This document shows positions 17,106 through 25,359 of a stretch of DNA of 32,000 nucleotides, piece after piece. Under the pieces are notes generated by a model. That model had not been told where the DNA came from. It did not search any database and saw nothing but the letters and a program-made list of their open reading frames with translations. This DNA is from Promethearchaeum syntrophicum (GTDB lineage Archaea; Asgardarchaeota; Lokiarchaeia; Sigyniarchaeales; Promethearchaeaceae). The stretch is from positions 2,250,001-2,282,000 of the forward strand of contig NZ_CP042905.2 of NCBI RefSeq assembly GCF_008000775.2, read 5' to 3'. A program made the position numbers and the translations under genes. How positions within the stretch are numbered: position 1 is the stretch's first letter; every line of letters starts with the position of its first letter.

Positions 17106-18242
17106 ATGACCTTATCAAGCAAAACTGCTCCAATTCCCACAATGGACGTTAAAAGTAAGGAAATCATAGAGGAAGATGAGAATTTCTTAAAATTTTTTAA
17201 TAAACAGCTCATACGACTATTCTATGACGCATTTCGTTTTTCTTTAAAATCTCCATCTTATGCATATTTCTTACTGAAAACATTACAATATCAGAAAAAA
17301 GCCCAAAAAGTGCGATCGAAATGGAAAGAACAACAATTGCATGTTCCTGCTTTTCTCATTTTTAGTGTTACTGGGAAATGTAATCTCCAATGCAAAGGAT
17401 GCTATTCTCATGCACAACATCGAAATAAAGAAGCTGAATTATCTTCCCAAAAATTACGTGATATTATCGCTGAAGCAAAGGATTTAGGTATATCCATTAT
17501 TCTTTTTGCTGGTGGAGAACCCTTTATAAGACCTGAATTATTGGATATTACTGCACAGTTTCCAGAAATCATCTTTCCAATCTTTACAAATGGATTGCTG
17601 ATCAATGATATTATGATTCAAAAATTGAAAAAACAAAAGAATGTCATCCCAGTTTTAAGCATTGAAGGGGGTTATGAAGAAACTGATTTACGCAGAGGTA
17701 CAGGTGTGTTTGGAAAAGTGCAAAATGTAATGCAAAAGCTATTTCAAGCCAGGATATTTTTTGGAACTTCAATCACTTTAACTACTTCGAATTTCTCCAT
17801 TGTGACCCAAACAACTTTCATTCAATCCATTATTGATCATGGTTGTAAACTCTTTTTCTACATCGATTACGTACCAGTAAAAGAAAGAACGGAACATTTA
17901 ATGCTTACGGAAGAACAAGCTTCTCAAATATCTCTTTTAACAGATCACTTCAAAAAACAATTCTCACAATTATTTGTGGCATTTCCTGGGGATGAGGAAA
18001 AATTAGGAGGATGTTTATCTGCTGGTCGAGGATTTCTTCATATCAGTCCTGAAGGACGTATTGAACCTTGTCCGTTTGCCCCATATTCTGATACGAATTT
18101 GCAGGATGTCTCTTTAAAAGAAGCACTTCAATCAAAATTTCTAGCTCAAATCCGCCAAAATCATGATGAACTGATGGAAACTCGCGGTGGTTGTGCATTG
18201 TGGGAAAAACAAGAATGGGTAAAAACACTCTTACACAAATAA
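17106..18242 (+). CDS. radical SAM enzyme with C-terminal SPASM/twitch-like auxiliary cluster domain, substrate unknown
   Basis: 378 aa. CX3CX2C in VTGKCNLQCKGCYSH, GGEPF SAM-binding motif, FTNGLL. C-terminal Cys-rich region GGCLSAGRGFLHISPEGRIEPCPFAPYSD ... GGCALW. About 85-aa basic amphipathic N-terminal extension. Confidence 0.85.
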   Translation: MTLSSKTAPIPTMDVKSKEIIEEDENFLKFFNKQLIRLFYDAFRFSLKSPSYAYFLLKTLQYQKKAQKVRSKWKEQQLHVPAFLIFSVTGKCNLQCKGCYSHAQHRNKEAELSSQKLRDIIAEAKDLGISIILFAGGEPFIRPELLDITAQFPEIIFPIFTNGLLINDIMIQKLKKQKNVIPVLSIEGGYEETDLRRGTGVFGKVQNVMQKLFQARIFFGTSITLTTSNFSIVTQTTFIQSIIDHGCKLFFYIDYVPVKERTEHLMLTEEQASQISLLTDHFKKQFSQLFVAFPGDEEKLGGCLSAGRGFLHISPEGRIEPCPFAPYSDTNLQDVSLKEALQSKFLAQIRQNHDELMETRGGCALWEKQEWVKTLLHK

Positions 18243-18354
18243 ATCTTGCATTTACCCATGGTTCTGAAAGAAATTTATATCTATGAGAAATATATATCTA
18301 TTAGAAAATTAACAAGAAAAACTTATATATTCTTCATTTTTCTTTTTTCCAATC

Positions 18355-18918
18355 ATTAGAGGTTAAAAAATTTGACAACTCTCAAAAAAAAAAATTGGAT
18401 ATTGCCTTTAAGTGGAGGAATTCTTTCTATTATCGGACTTTTTATTCCTGTATGGTATAGTACAACAGGATTTAAGGAGAATCTTTGGATGTGGGGATTG
18501 ATCGAACATATAACAGTCGGAAATGTGTTTGATTTTTTACCTCCTGAATTATTAATCCCTGGTCTTATTATTGCTGTTTTAATATTATTATTCTCAATTG
18601 TAATAATTACCTCAACCTTGTTTAGTATCAGAAGAAAAGAGATCCAAAACATTGCTCAAAAATTATGGATAATAATGGGTATTTTAGAATTGTGCGCTGC
18701 AATTATTTACATAGTTGCGATGGTTATAGGATGGAATGCATATACTATAAGAATTAATTATAATGTTCACGACTTTTTGAGGATATACAATTTCCATATT
18801 GGGATGGTAACTCCCTTTATTGGTGCTGCTTTATCTATCGTTGGTACATTTCTCGGAAAGCGATATAAACGAGAAATGGATGAAATGAATTTAAGAATGT
18901 AATTTTCAATACATAGCT
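18355..18918 (+). repeat. copy 2 of the duplicated gene segment (partner 12047..12612)
   Basis: See copy 1. ATTAGAGG-N9-TTG is intact here, followed by an open frame. Confidence 0.8.
18372..18902 (+). CDS. multi-pass membrane protein (intact paralogue of 12157..12579)
   Basis: 176 aa with a TTG start 9 nt after GAGG. Four hydrophobic helices. Conserved block ENLWMWGLIEHITVGNVFDFLPPELLIPGLIIAVLIL. Confidence 0.75.
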   Translation: MTTLKKKNWILPLSGGILSIIGLFIPVWYSTTGFKENLWMWGLIEHITVGNVFDFLPPELLIPGLIIAVLILLFSIVIITSTLFSIRRKEIQNIAQKLWIIMGILELCAAIIYIVAMVIGWNAYTIRINYNVHDFLRIYNFHIGMVTPFIGAALSIVGTFLGKRYKREMDEMNLRM

Positions 18919-19005
18919 AATGTAATTGTTTATTTTTCTTGACTTTAGAAGGAGCTATTCAACAAAAAACTAATATATATAAAAATGAGAATGGTTTAAT
19001 CTAAG

Positions 19006-19455
19006 ATGGTGAGATTTATGTCATCAGAGAAAATTGACCAGAATATAGCAAAAATTGAACAGCTAAAAAATGAGATACAACAAATTAAAGATCAAGGTAA
19101 AGATCGGAAAAGAATTGCAAAAAATGAAATTGAAAAAAGAAAGGATGCAATTTCTGATAATGAGGGGGCGAAGCGAAAAATTGCGAAAGAAAAATTCGAA
19201 TTAAAAGAGAAAGCAATGAAAAATGCTAAAAAAGCGCTCTCACAAGCTAAAGATGAACTAAAAAATGCAAAAAATGAATTAAAAGATGCTGAAAAGGTTC
19301 ATAAATCCGCAAAATCTGCACATGAGAAGGAATCTGAACAGAAGTTGAACAATATAAGAGCAGAAACTAAGAATGCAGAAAAAGTAAAAGAAAATGCAAT
19401 TAAAACCCTCCAAAAAGAAATTGAGAGAGAAAAAAAGTTGATGGAAGCCTCATAA
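19006..19455 (+). CDS. Lys/Glu-rich coiled-coil protein
   Basis: 149 aa, almost entirely charged heptad-like sequence (KNAKKALSQAKDELKNAKNELKDAEKVHKSAKSAHEKE). Alternative start at ATG 19018. Confidence 0.55.
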   Translation: MVRFMSSEKIDQNIAKIEQLKNEIQQIKDQGKDRKRIAKNEIEKRKDAISDNEGAKRKIAKEKFELKEKAMKNAKKALSQAKDELKNAKNELKDAEKVHKSAKSAHEKESEQKLNNIRAETKNAEKVKENAIKTLQKEIEREKKLMEAS

Positions 19456-19583
19456 TATAATGTTTGCAGTAGAAACTAGTTAGCTGGTAAGTTAACTAAG
19501 AATTTTTCTTTTTTTTCCTTTTCTTACATGCCCAATCTAATCCTTTAAATAAATTAACGCCATATCTATACAGTAATAATGGG

Positions 19584-20381
19584 TTGATTAAAATGGATAA
19601 AAAAAAAACAAAGAAATCTTTTTTAAAATGGATCGTGTATTTCATCGGACTAGCGTTTGTAATCTTAGAAATTACACGAATTCTTGTTTTGGAAAATAGT
19701 ACATTGGCAGATAATATTAGATACGTTGAATCTATTCTAGCGGCAGTAGCGGCAGTTTTGATTCGTTTTTTGGTAGATTCGGAAAAAATTATATCACTCA
19801 TTAAGGATACCGATATCGAAAAGGAAACATTTACAAAAGAATTAAATCCCAAAAGATTCCTCAATTTAATGCCGATTGCAGCGATAGTGTGTACTATATC
19901 AGATTTTATTCTTGGTAAAATAAACCCTGATGTTATCGGAATCGGGACATTTCTTATTGCACAAATTTTTCTTATAGTAGCATTTTCAGGTTTAATCCAT
20001 TATAGAAGTATTGTTAAGGGAAAAATAAAACGATTAGCGATCATATCTACAGTTATATTGACATTATTAGTCAGTATACTTTATTTCCTACTGATTTTTT
20101 CAGTAGATAACCTACTGTCAATGATTGTGTTTCTATACATGATTTGTATTTTGATTATGACCATAGGAACATATTTCAATCTGGGATATACAAAAAGAGA
20201 CATTAAATTCAGAATTATGCTATGTATTGGAGGTACATCCTTTTTAGTTTCAGACGCGTTTGTCGGAATTAATATGTTTAATGATCCCAACCCGATTACA
20301 GGTGCATGGGTTCTTTTAACGTACAACCTCGCGATTTTCTTCTTACAATTTGCTGTATTATTTTTACGAAATCAGAACTAA
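19584..20381 (+). CDS. YhhN-family (lysoplasmalogenase/TMEM86-like) integral membrane protein candidate
   Basis: 265 aa (TTG at 19584; ATG at 19593 is likely). About 8 TM helices. The C-terminal GGTSFLVSDAFVGINMF resembles the YhhN G..LF..SD..LA motif. Confidence 0.55.
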   Translation: MIKMDKKKTKKSFLKWIVYFIGLAFVILEITRILVLENSTLADNIRYVESILAAVAAVLIRFLVDSEKIISLIKDTDIEKETFTKELNPKRFLNLMPIAAIVCTISDFILGKINPDVIGIGTFLIAQIFLIVAFSGLIHYRSIVKGKIKRLAIISTVILTLLVSILYFLLIFSVDNLLSMIVFLYMICILIMTIGTYFNLGYTKRDIKFRIMLCIGGTSFLVSDAFVGINMFNDPNPITGAWVLLTYNLAIFFLQFAVLFLRNQN

Positions 20382-20525
20382 ACGACCCTTAGTTATGAAG
20401 TTATTATGGGATGATTGGGAATGTTCGATTTATTGAATATTAGTCATATATTTATATAGATAGAAAATATGATAATATATAATTGTATTAGCATATTCAA
20501 AAATGAGGGAAAAAGAGAGAAAAAA

Positions 20526-21017
20526 ATGGGTCTTGAGAAGGAAGAAAAAAGAACGATCATTCAATTCTTTAAAGGGTTTCTAATAGCGTATTTCTCTTTT
20601 GGATTATGTAATCTATTATTAGTATCAACTAACTTCTTGGGTTTTTGGCCATATATTCTTAGTTTATTGTGTTTAGTTATCCTATTCCTTGATATTTCTA
20701 GAAGAAAAAAAGGAGAATTTCCATATTTATCACAGGGGATGATGGTGGCGAGTATAGGATTATTACATTTTTTTATAAAGAGAAATAATGACACTCAAAT
20801 TTATTCTAATTCAGAAAATCCAAGAAAATGGTCGTCTCATTTTAGTTTAAGAATTTTGCTTTCAATTTGTCTAATACTTCTTTATTTACCTTACCTATTT
20901 ATTGGGTATATAATGTTTACCGCTTTTGGTCTTTTAGCTTTTCCAGTAATAGGTATAATCCTCTTGAATATTTTTTTAGGAGTTATTATATTCTTTTTCA
21001 CAGAGATCCTTCAGTAA
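20526..21017 (+). CDS. hypothetical multi-pass membrane protein
   Basis: The ORF track starts at 20469. The internal ATG at 20526 (MGLEKEEKR) follows a GAGGGA element. Four or five hydrophobic helices. Confidence 0.5.
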   Translation: MGLEKEEKRTIIQFFKGFLIAYFSFGLCNLLLVSTNFLGFWPYILSLLCLVILFLDISRRKKGEFPYLSQGMMVASIGLLHFFIKRNNDTQIYSNSENPRKWSSHFSLRILLSICLILLYLPYLFIGYIMFTAFGLLAFPVIGIILLNIFLGVIIFFFTEILQ

Positions 21018-21278
21018 AATGCGAAAGGGGTTATATTTTCTATTCCTTTGATGTTTTACCTAATAAATTTAGAATTAATTTTCCATATACTATCGCAATT
21101 TCTTCTAACAATATGCGGGTTTATTTTTACCAAAGCTGAAGTAAGATGATTGAAATTAATCGAATCATAGGATATTAGAAATATATTTATATTGAAATAA
21201 AAAATTGGTCTAATAATTATTAGCATACCCATATCTTACATAGGATTTTTATATTTCATTATAGATATCTTTTTTCCA

Positions 21279-21433
21279 ATGATAGTGATTTGGATAGTAT
21301 TATTGAATATTTATATTGGAGTGGCTACATACTTCTACAAAGAAAACCTTAAAATTATATCAAAGGGGATGATCCCTGCATTTTTCATTATTATATTGCC
21401 AATAAATTTGATTGTTATTATTTTATTTCATTA
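21279..21433 (+). CDS. small (51 aa) two-helix membrane ORF, or a fragment, related to the C-terminus of the upstream gene
   Basis: Below the ORF-track cutoff. FFPMIVIWIVLLNIYIGVATYFYKENL aligns with AFPVIGIILLNIFLGVIIFFFTEIL of 20526..21017. The similarity continues upstream of the ATG in the same frame (open from 21201), where no canonical start exists. Confidence 0.25.
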
Positions 21434-21667
21434 AAATTCTTTCAAAATTTTATTTTTACATTGAAATTTTAGAGTTGTTGATTGGTTCTCGGTCTAATAA
21501 ATTTTCAAAACTGAGGTTTTAGATATTAGTAATTTGATTTGGGTTTCACTATTAAAATGGATGATGGATTGCCTACAGAGCCATAGATTTAAAAGATCGA
21601 AAATTGAACATTTATTAAGGGGACAAATTTGAGTGGAGAAGACCAAAACACAGAACGGAAACAAGGT

Positions 21668-22354
21668 ATGAAATTTAGAATTAATAAAAATGGAGATATT
21701 TTATTAAAAATTGTGTATTGGGGTTGCGCGGGTTCTGGAAAAACAACTGCTGTGGACACTCTATTCAAATTAGTAGAAGAGGGTGAAAATAATATTGAAA
21801 TTATCACTAACTTGAAAAAAATAGATATGAAAGGTGGCTCTACATTGTATTTTGATAGAGGTGTTTTTCGATCAAAAATTCAAGAGAAAATCTATTATCA
21901 TATTTATACCGTGGCAGGTCAAGTCCGATTTTCTCCGTTGCGAAAAAAAGTTTTTGAAGGAACTAATGCCATAATTTTTGTATTTGATAGTCAAAGGAGT
22001 CGAATAGATGCTAATATTAATTCCTTAAAAGAACTTAAGAAAATATCGGGAAATCGATTAATTTCTGAAATTCCCATGCTAGTAATGGTAAATAAACAAG
22101 ATTTACCAAACCCTCTTACAAAAAGTGAAATGGCAGATATTTTACGGCAAGAAGGGTTATATTACCCTATTGATCATAGTTTAAATACGTGGAATCCGAT
22201 AATTTATGAAACAATCGCCTTGTACAAAAATTCTCAAAATATTTATACTATCTTTTCTGAAATGTTAAGACGTATTTCTCAATATGTACTAAAGGATCGA
22301 ACCGATTTCGATAATAATTCTCCGAATTTACCAAAAGATGTGCCCGATTTATAA
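21668..22354 (+). CDS. MglA-like Ras-superfamily small GTPase
   Basis: G1 GCAGSGKTT, G3 TVAGQ (Thr in place of the Ras Asp, as in MglA TVPGQ), G4 NKQD. Overall colinearity with MglA (KIVYWG..., IIFVFDSQ..R...N..SL.EL). The ATG at 21668 gives an MglA-like N-terminal length; the ORF track begins at TTG 21629. Confidence 0.85.
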   Translation: MKFRINKNGDILLKIVYWGCAGSGKTTAVDTLFKLVEEGENNIEIITNLKKIDMKGGSTLYFDRGVFRSKIQEKIYYHIYTVAGQVRFSPLRKKVFEGTNAIIFVFDSQRSRIDANINSLKELKKISGNRLISEIPMLVMVNKQDLPNPLTKSEMADILRQEGLYYPIDHSLNTWNPIIYETIALYKNSQNIYTIFSEMLRRISQYVLKDRTDFDNNSPNLPKDVPDL

Positions 22355-22450
22355 GTATACTAAGTGAACTAAACTGCTCTCCAAGAAAGAATAAGAATTA
22401 AATCTAGATTTTAAAGAAAAAGCAAAAAAACAGACCAATATTGCTCGATT

Positions 22451-23161
22451 TTAATCTATATTGGAAAAAATCTCATTAAGAGAAAATATTTTGTTGGTTA
22501 TTCGATAATTTCTTGCTTTCTGAATCAGTTTTTGTTCGATTTTAATAATTCTCTCTTCATAATCTTTAAGATCATCGGCATAATAAAAGTTATATGCATG
22601 AAGTTTAAGTAACATTTCAATAAAACCAATATAAAAAATTGGATAAAATCCCTTTCTAAATCGCATAATTCGAAATTTTTGGAGAATATCTGTTAAATCT
22701 AACTCTTGTAAAAAGGACACTTCATTCGAAAAGATGAAAAAACTCGTAACTAATCCCATGAAATAAGGTTTTTGCTTTCTTAGTTCCTGGATAGATTCAA
22801 AATTATTGCCCAATTCGATAGGTAGTCTTGATAGTCTTAAAAACTCTTGTAAAAAATAAAAACCGTAATTACCTATCTCTACTTTAAAATCATAAAAAAT
22901 CTCCGATAATTTTTCTGGAATCAATACTTTATTAAATGATTTGTAGAGTTTTGAATGAGCTGTTGATAAACCTTGATTAAACTCCGCGAATTCAGGTTTT
23001 ACACTAGATTTTATCGGAAATAATGTGTCAGATTGAATGAAATTTATGAAATCAGTTGAGTTTTTAATCGAAACTGCTTCATTATGCCGATTTAACCCTT
23101 CATTTAGTCCTAAAAAACAACCTAAATTCCTTTGAAATTGACTTAGTTTTGTTTTGATCAT
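22451..23161 (-). CDS. hypothetical protein (predicted mostly helical, no recognised motif)
   Basis: 236-aa ORF convergent with the GTPase gene. No motif that I can name. Confidence 0.55.
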   Translation of the reverse strand: MIKTKLSQFQRNLGCFLGLNEGLNRHNEAVSIKNSTDFINFIQSDTLFPIKSSVKPEFAEFNQGLSTAHSKLYKSFNKVLIPEKLSEIFYDFKVEIGNYGFYFLQEFLRLSRLPIELGNNFESIQELRKQKPYFMGLVTSFFIFSNEVSFLQELDLTDILQKFRIMRFRKGFYPIFYIGFIEMLLKLHAYNFYYADDLKDYEERIIKIEQKLIQKARNYRITNKIFSLNEIFSNID

Positions 23162-23925
23162 GAAATTTCTCGATTCTCTAAAGGGTGGGGTTTAGATTTA
23201 TACTTTCGGAAATGAATCAACATTCAAAAAAATGTAAAAAGGAATACAAAATTTGGCAAAATTTCCAACTTTTTAATGATTTTTATGAAATTTTATTATC
23301 AGAAATGGAAATTATTGTAAACTAGAAAAATTTTATATAGTAGATTTTTGTTTCTTTGATTATTAAAAAGCTAATTACTACCCCTTAATAGTTCCAAATC
23401 CCAATCCGAATGAAATAAATCAACTTTCTTTTAGGTAGTTTAGTTCTGGTAAACTACTTTAGTAAATTATTTTAACAATCGATATAAAAATCAATTCGAA
23501 TATTTCAATTCTTTTTCAAATTCATTTCTTAAAAATAATTTTTTGGGATAAAGTGAATGTTTAGTTATTACAAAAATTCTCATATTCGCCATTAAACACA
23601 TTCTAATCTCCTTAAAACCTCGAAAGAATTAATGGAATCAGATTAATAAAGAAAATTCTGTTTATATTTGAATTTTGAATATTTTCCGTCAAAATATTCC
23701 ATTTTTCAAATAAATTTTCACTTTCAGTAAAGGAAATTTAATTCAAGATTCACTTTATCTGGTTTACACTATAGATTTTTTTATTAAATTCTTTAACAAA
23801 ATAGAATTGCAACATAGAAATGGTATCTAAAGAGTATTGGTCCTAACATTTTTATTCTTATGGTCTACTTTGATCTTAATATTTTTTTTTTGAAGACTAG
23901 GAATTAAATTAGGAAGAAGATAAAA

Positions 23926-25320
23926 ATGAAAACGAATAAAATCAGTTATGTAATAGGTATTATTCTTCTATCTAGCATGGGATTTAGTGTATCTATAAAT
24001 GTCATAGCGGATTCTGATACAACTTTCAATTATGAATCGACATATTTTAATTATACTGTAGCAGAAGGAGATGTTTTTGAATATGATATTAAATATGACT
24101 ATAATTTTACCGCTTCAGAGACTTTTTATACCGAAATAGCAAATTGGATGGAAAATAATTCAATTCCATATTTTCCAGAGAATGCAGTCGATCTAGAAAG
24201 TTTAATTGAAGATTATGAAAAATTAATGCAATTAGATATTACAATTAGACTCAATATCACCGATATGTATCATCAATTTATAAATGAAACAACCTCAGAT
24301 AATGGTTGGAAAACCCGTTATAATGATATATTTAATGGGTCAATACAGGTAAAACTCAATAAAACTGCGGAATGGGACACCCCGGAGGTAATCTTACTTA
24401 ATAAGCTTAACCAATCCAAAGAAATTTTTCACAAATATTTAAATTCCACACAATATGAAATTTTTGAAGAGCAGGTGGACTATTTAATTAATGAAACAAT
24501 AAATGGAGCCAATTCACCTGATTGGAAGAACATAGTACTTACTCAAGTATCTAGCCAGGAAAAAGAATACTACGAGAATGGAACGTTGATAGAAGATCCA
24601 ATTCGACAATTAGAAAATGGAACCACAGAACCTAAAAACCCCTTTCCAGAATTTGGATATCCTCAAGGAATCCCCTTAATTTTGCCGACAGAAATGAATT
24701 TTGCGGACTATTATACTTATTTCTCTGATCTATTTGACTTTACCTTGTTATATAATATTGAAAATGAAATAGATATTTCTCCTTTAAATACTACTAGTAC
24801 GCTTCAAAATCTCATAGGCGATGGAGGAGTGCCCCAATTATATGTTGACGAAAAAGCTATAGGTATTTCTCTTGATTTTATTGAGCTTAACACTTCATTA
24901 TTATCCTTAGGTCAGCCGGATTATGATGAATATGACTCAATGTCAGAAGGCTTAATTTATTCCAGCACTCAATCAACTCTTTTATCACTATTAACCCCTT
25001 CTATAGGTAAAATGTCTTTTGCAGCAGAATATGATGAAAATTGGGCACTCAATACATTCGCGATATATTCTCATAGTGGAATGGTAGTTAACATTTCCAC
25101 AATCGAAGGGTTGCCCAATCTTGAAAATGAAGAAGTCCTAACAGAATACACATTTACTATGTCACAAAAAGGCGCTCGACCCCCCACTGAAGAAGATATA
25201 GAAGAAGGTAAAATTGGTGAAAACAGTAACTTTTTTGATATACCGGGCTACTCAATTTCGTTTATTGGTTTATTTGGATTAATATCAGTCGTATCTTTGA
25301 TTGTAAAACATCGAAAATGA
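23926..25320 (+). CDS. secreted/surface-anchored glycoprotein candidate with C-terminal PGF-CTERM-like sorting signal
   Basis: 464 aa. N-terminal signal peptide MKTNKISYVIGIILLSSMGFSVSINVIADS. At least 15 N-x-S/T sequons. Acidic ectodomain. C-terminus DIPGYSISFIGLFGLISVVSLIVKHRK (short motif, then TM, then basic tail). Confidence 0.75.
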   Translation: MKTNKISYVIGIILLSSMGFSVSINVIADSDTTFNYESTYFNYTVAEGDVFEYDIKYDYNFTASETFYTEIANWMENNSIPYFPENAVDLESLIEDYEKLMQLDITIRLNITDMYHQFINETTSDNGWKTRYNDIFNGSIQVKLNKTAEWDTPEVILLNKLNQSKEIFHKYLNSTQYEIFEEQVDYLINETINGANSPDWKNIVLTQVSSQEKEYYENGTLIEDPIRQLENGTTEPKNPFPEFGYPQGIPLILPTEMNFADYYTYFSDLFDFTLLYNIENEIDISPLNTTSTLQNLIGDGGVPQLYVDEKAIGISLDFIELNTSLLSLGQPDYDEYDSMSEGLIYSSTQSTLLSLLTPSIGKMSFAAEYDENWALNTFAIYSHSGMVVNISTIEGLPNLENEEVLTEYTFTMSQKGARPPTEEDIEEGKIGENSNFFDIPGYSISFIGLFGLISVVSLIVKHRK

Positions 25321-25341
25321 CATTAAGTCAGTAAATCCACC

Positions 25342-25359
25342 TTTTTTCTTCTTTTTTTT
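25342..25359 (+). terminator. oligo-T tracts (T6 and T8) after the surface protein gene
   Basis: cTTTTTTcttcTTTTTTTTa begins 22 nt after the stop. Confidence 0.4.

Noticed and set aside
18356-18652. 98-aa minus-strand ORF; also 19496..19864 (-), 20081..20326 (-) and 20561..20794 (-)
   Set aside because: They are antisense to membrane-protein genes whose frames are supported by paralogy or TM periodicity.
20867-21139. 90-aa plus-strand ORF overlapping the 3' end of 20526..21017 in another frame
   Set aside because: It is out of frame with a better-supported gene, and its composition is typical of an off-frame reading of TM-coding DNA.
23204-23213. A single TTTCGGAAAT half-site resembling the 15977-16065 operator arms
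   Set aside because: No matching inverted partner lies at the N12 spacing. Isolated TTCSGAA strings also occur inside coding regions (for example about 5553 and 9411), so this is probably chance.
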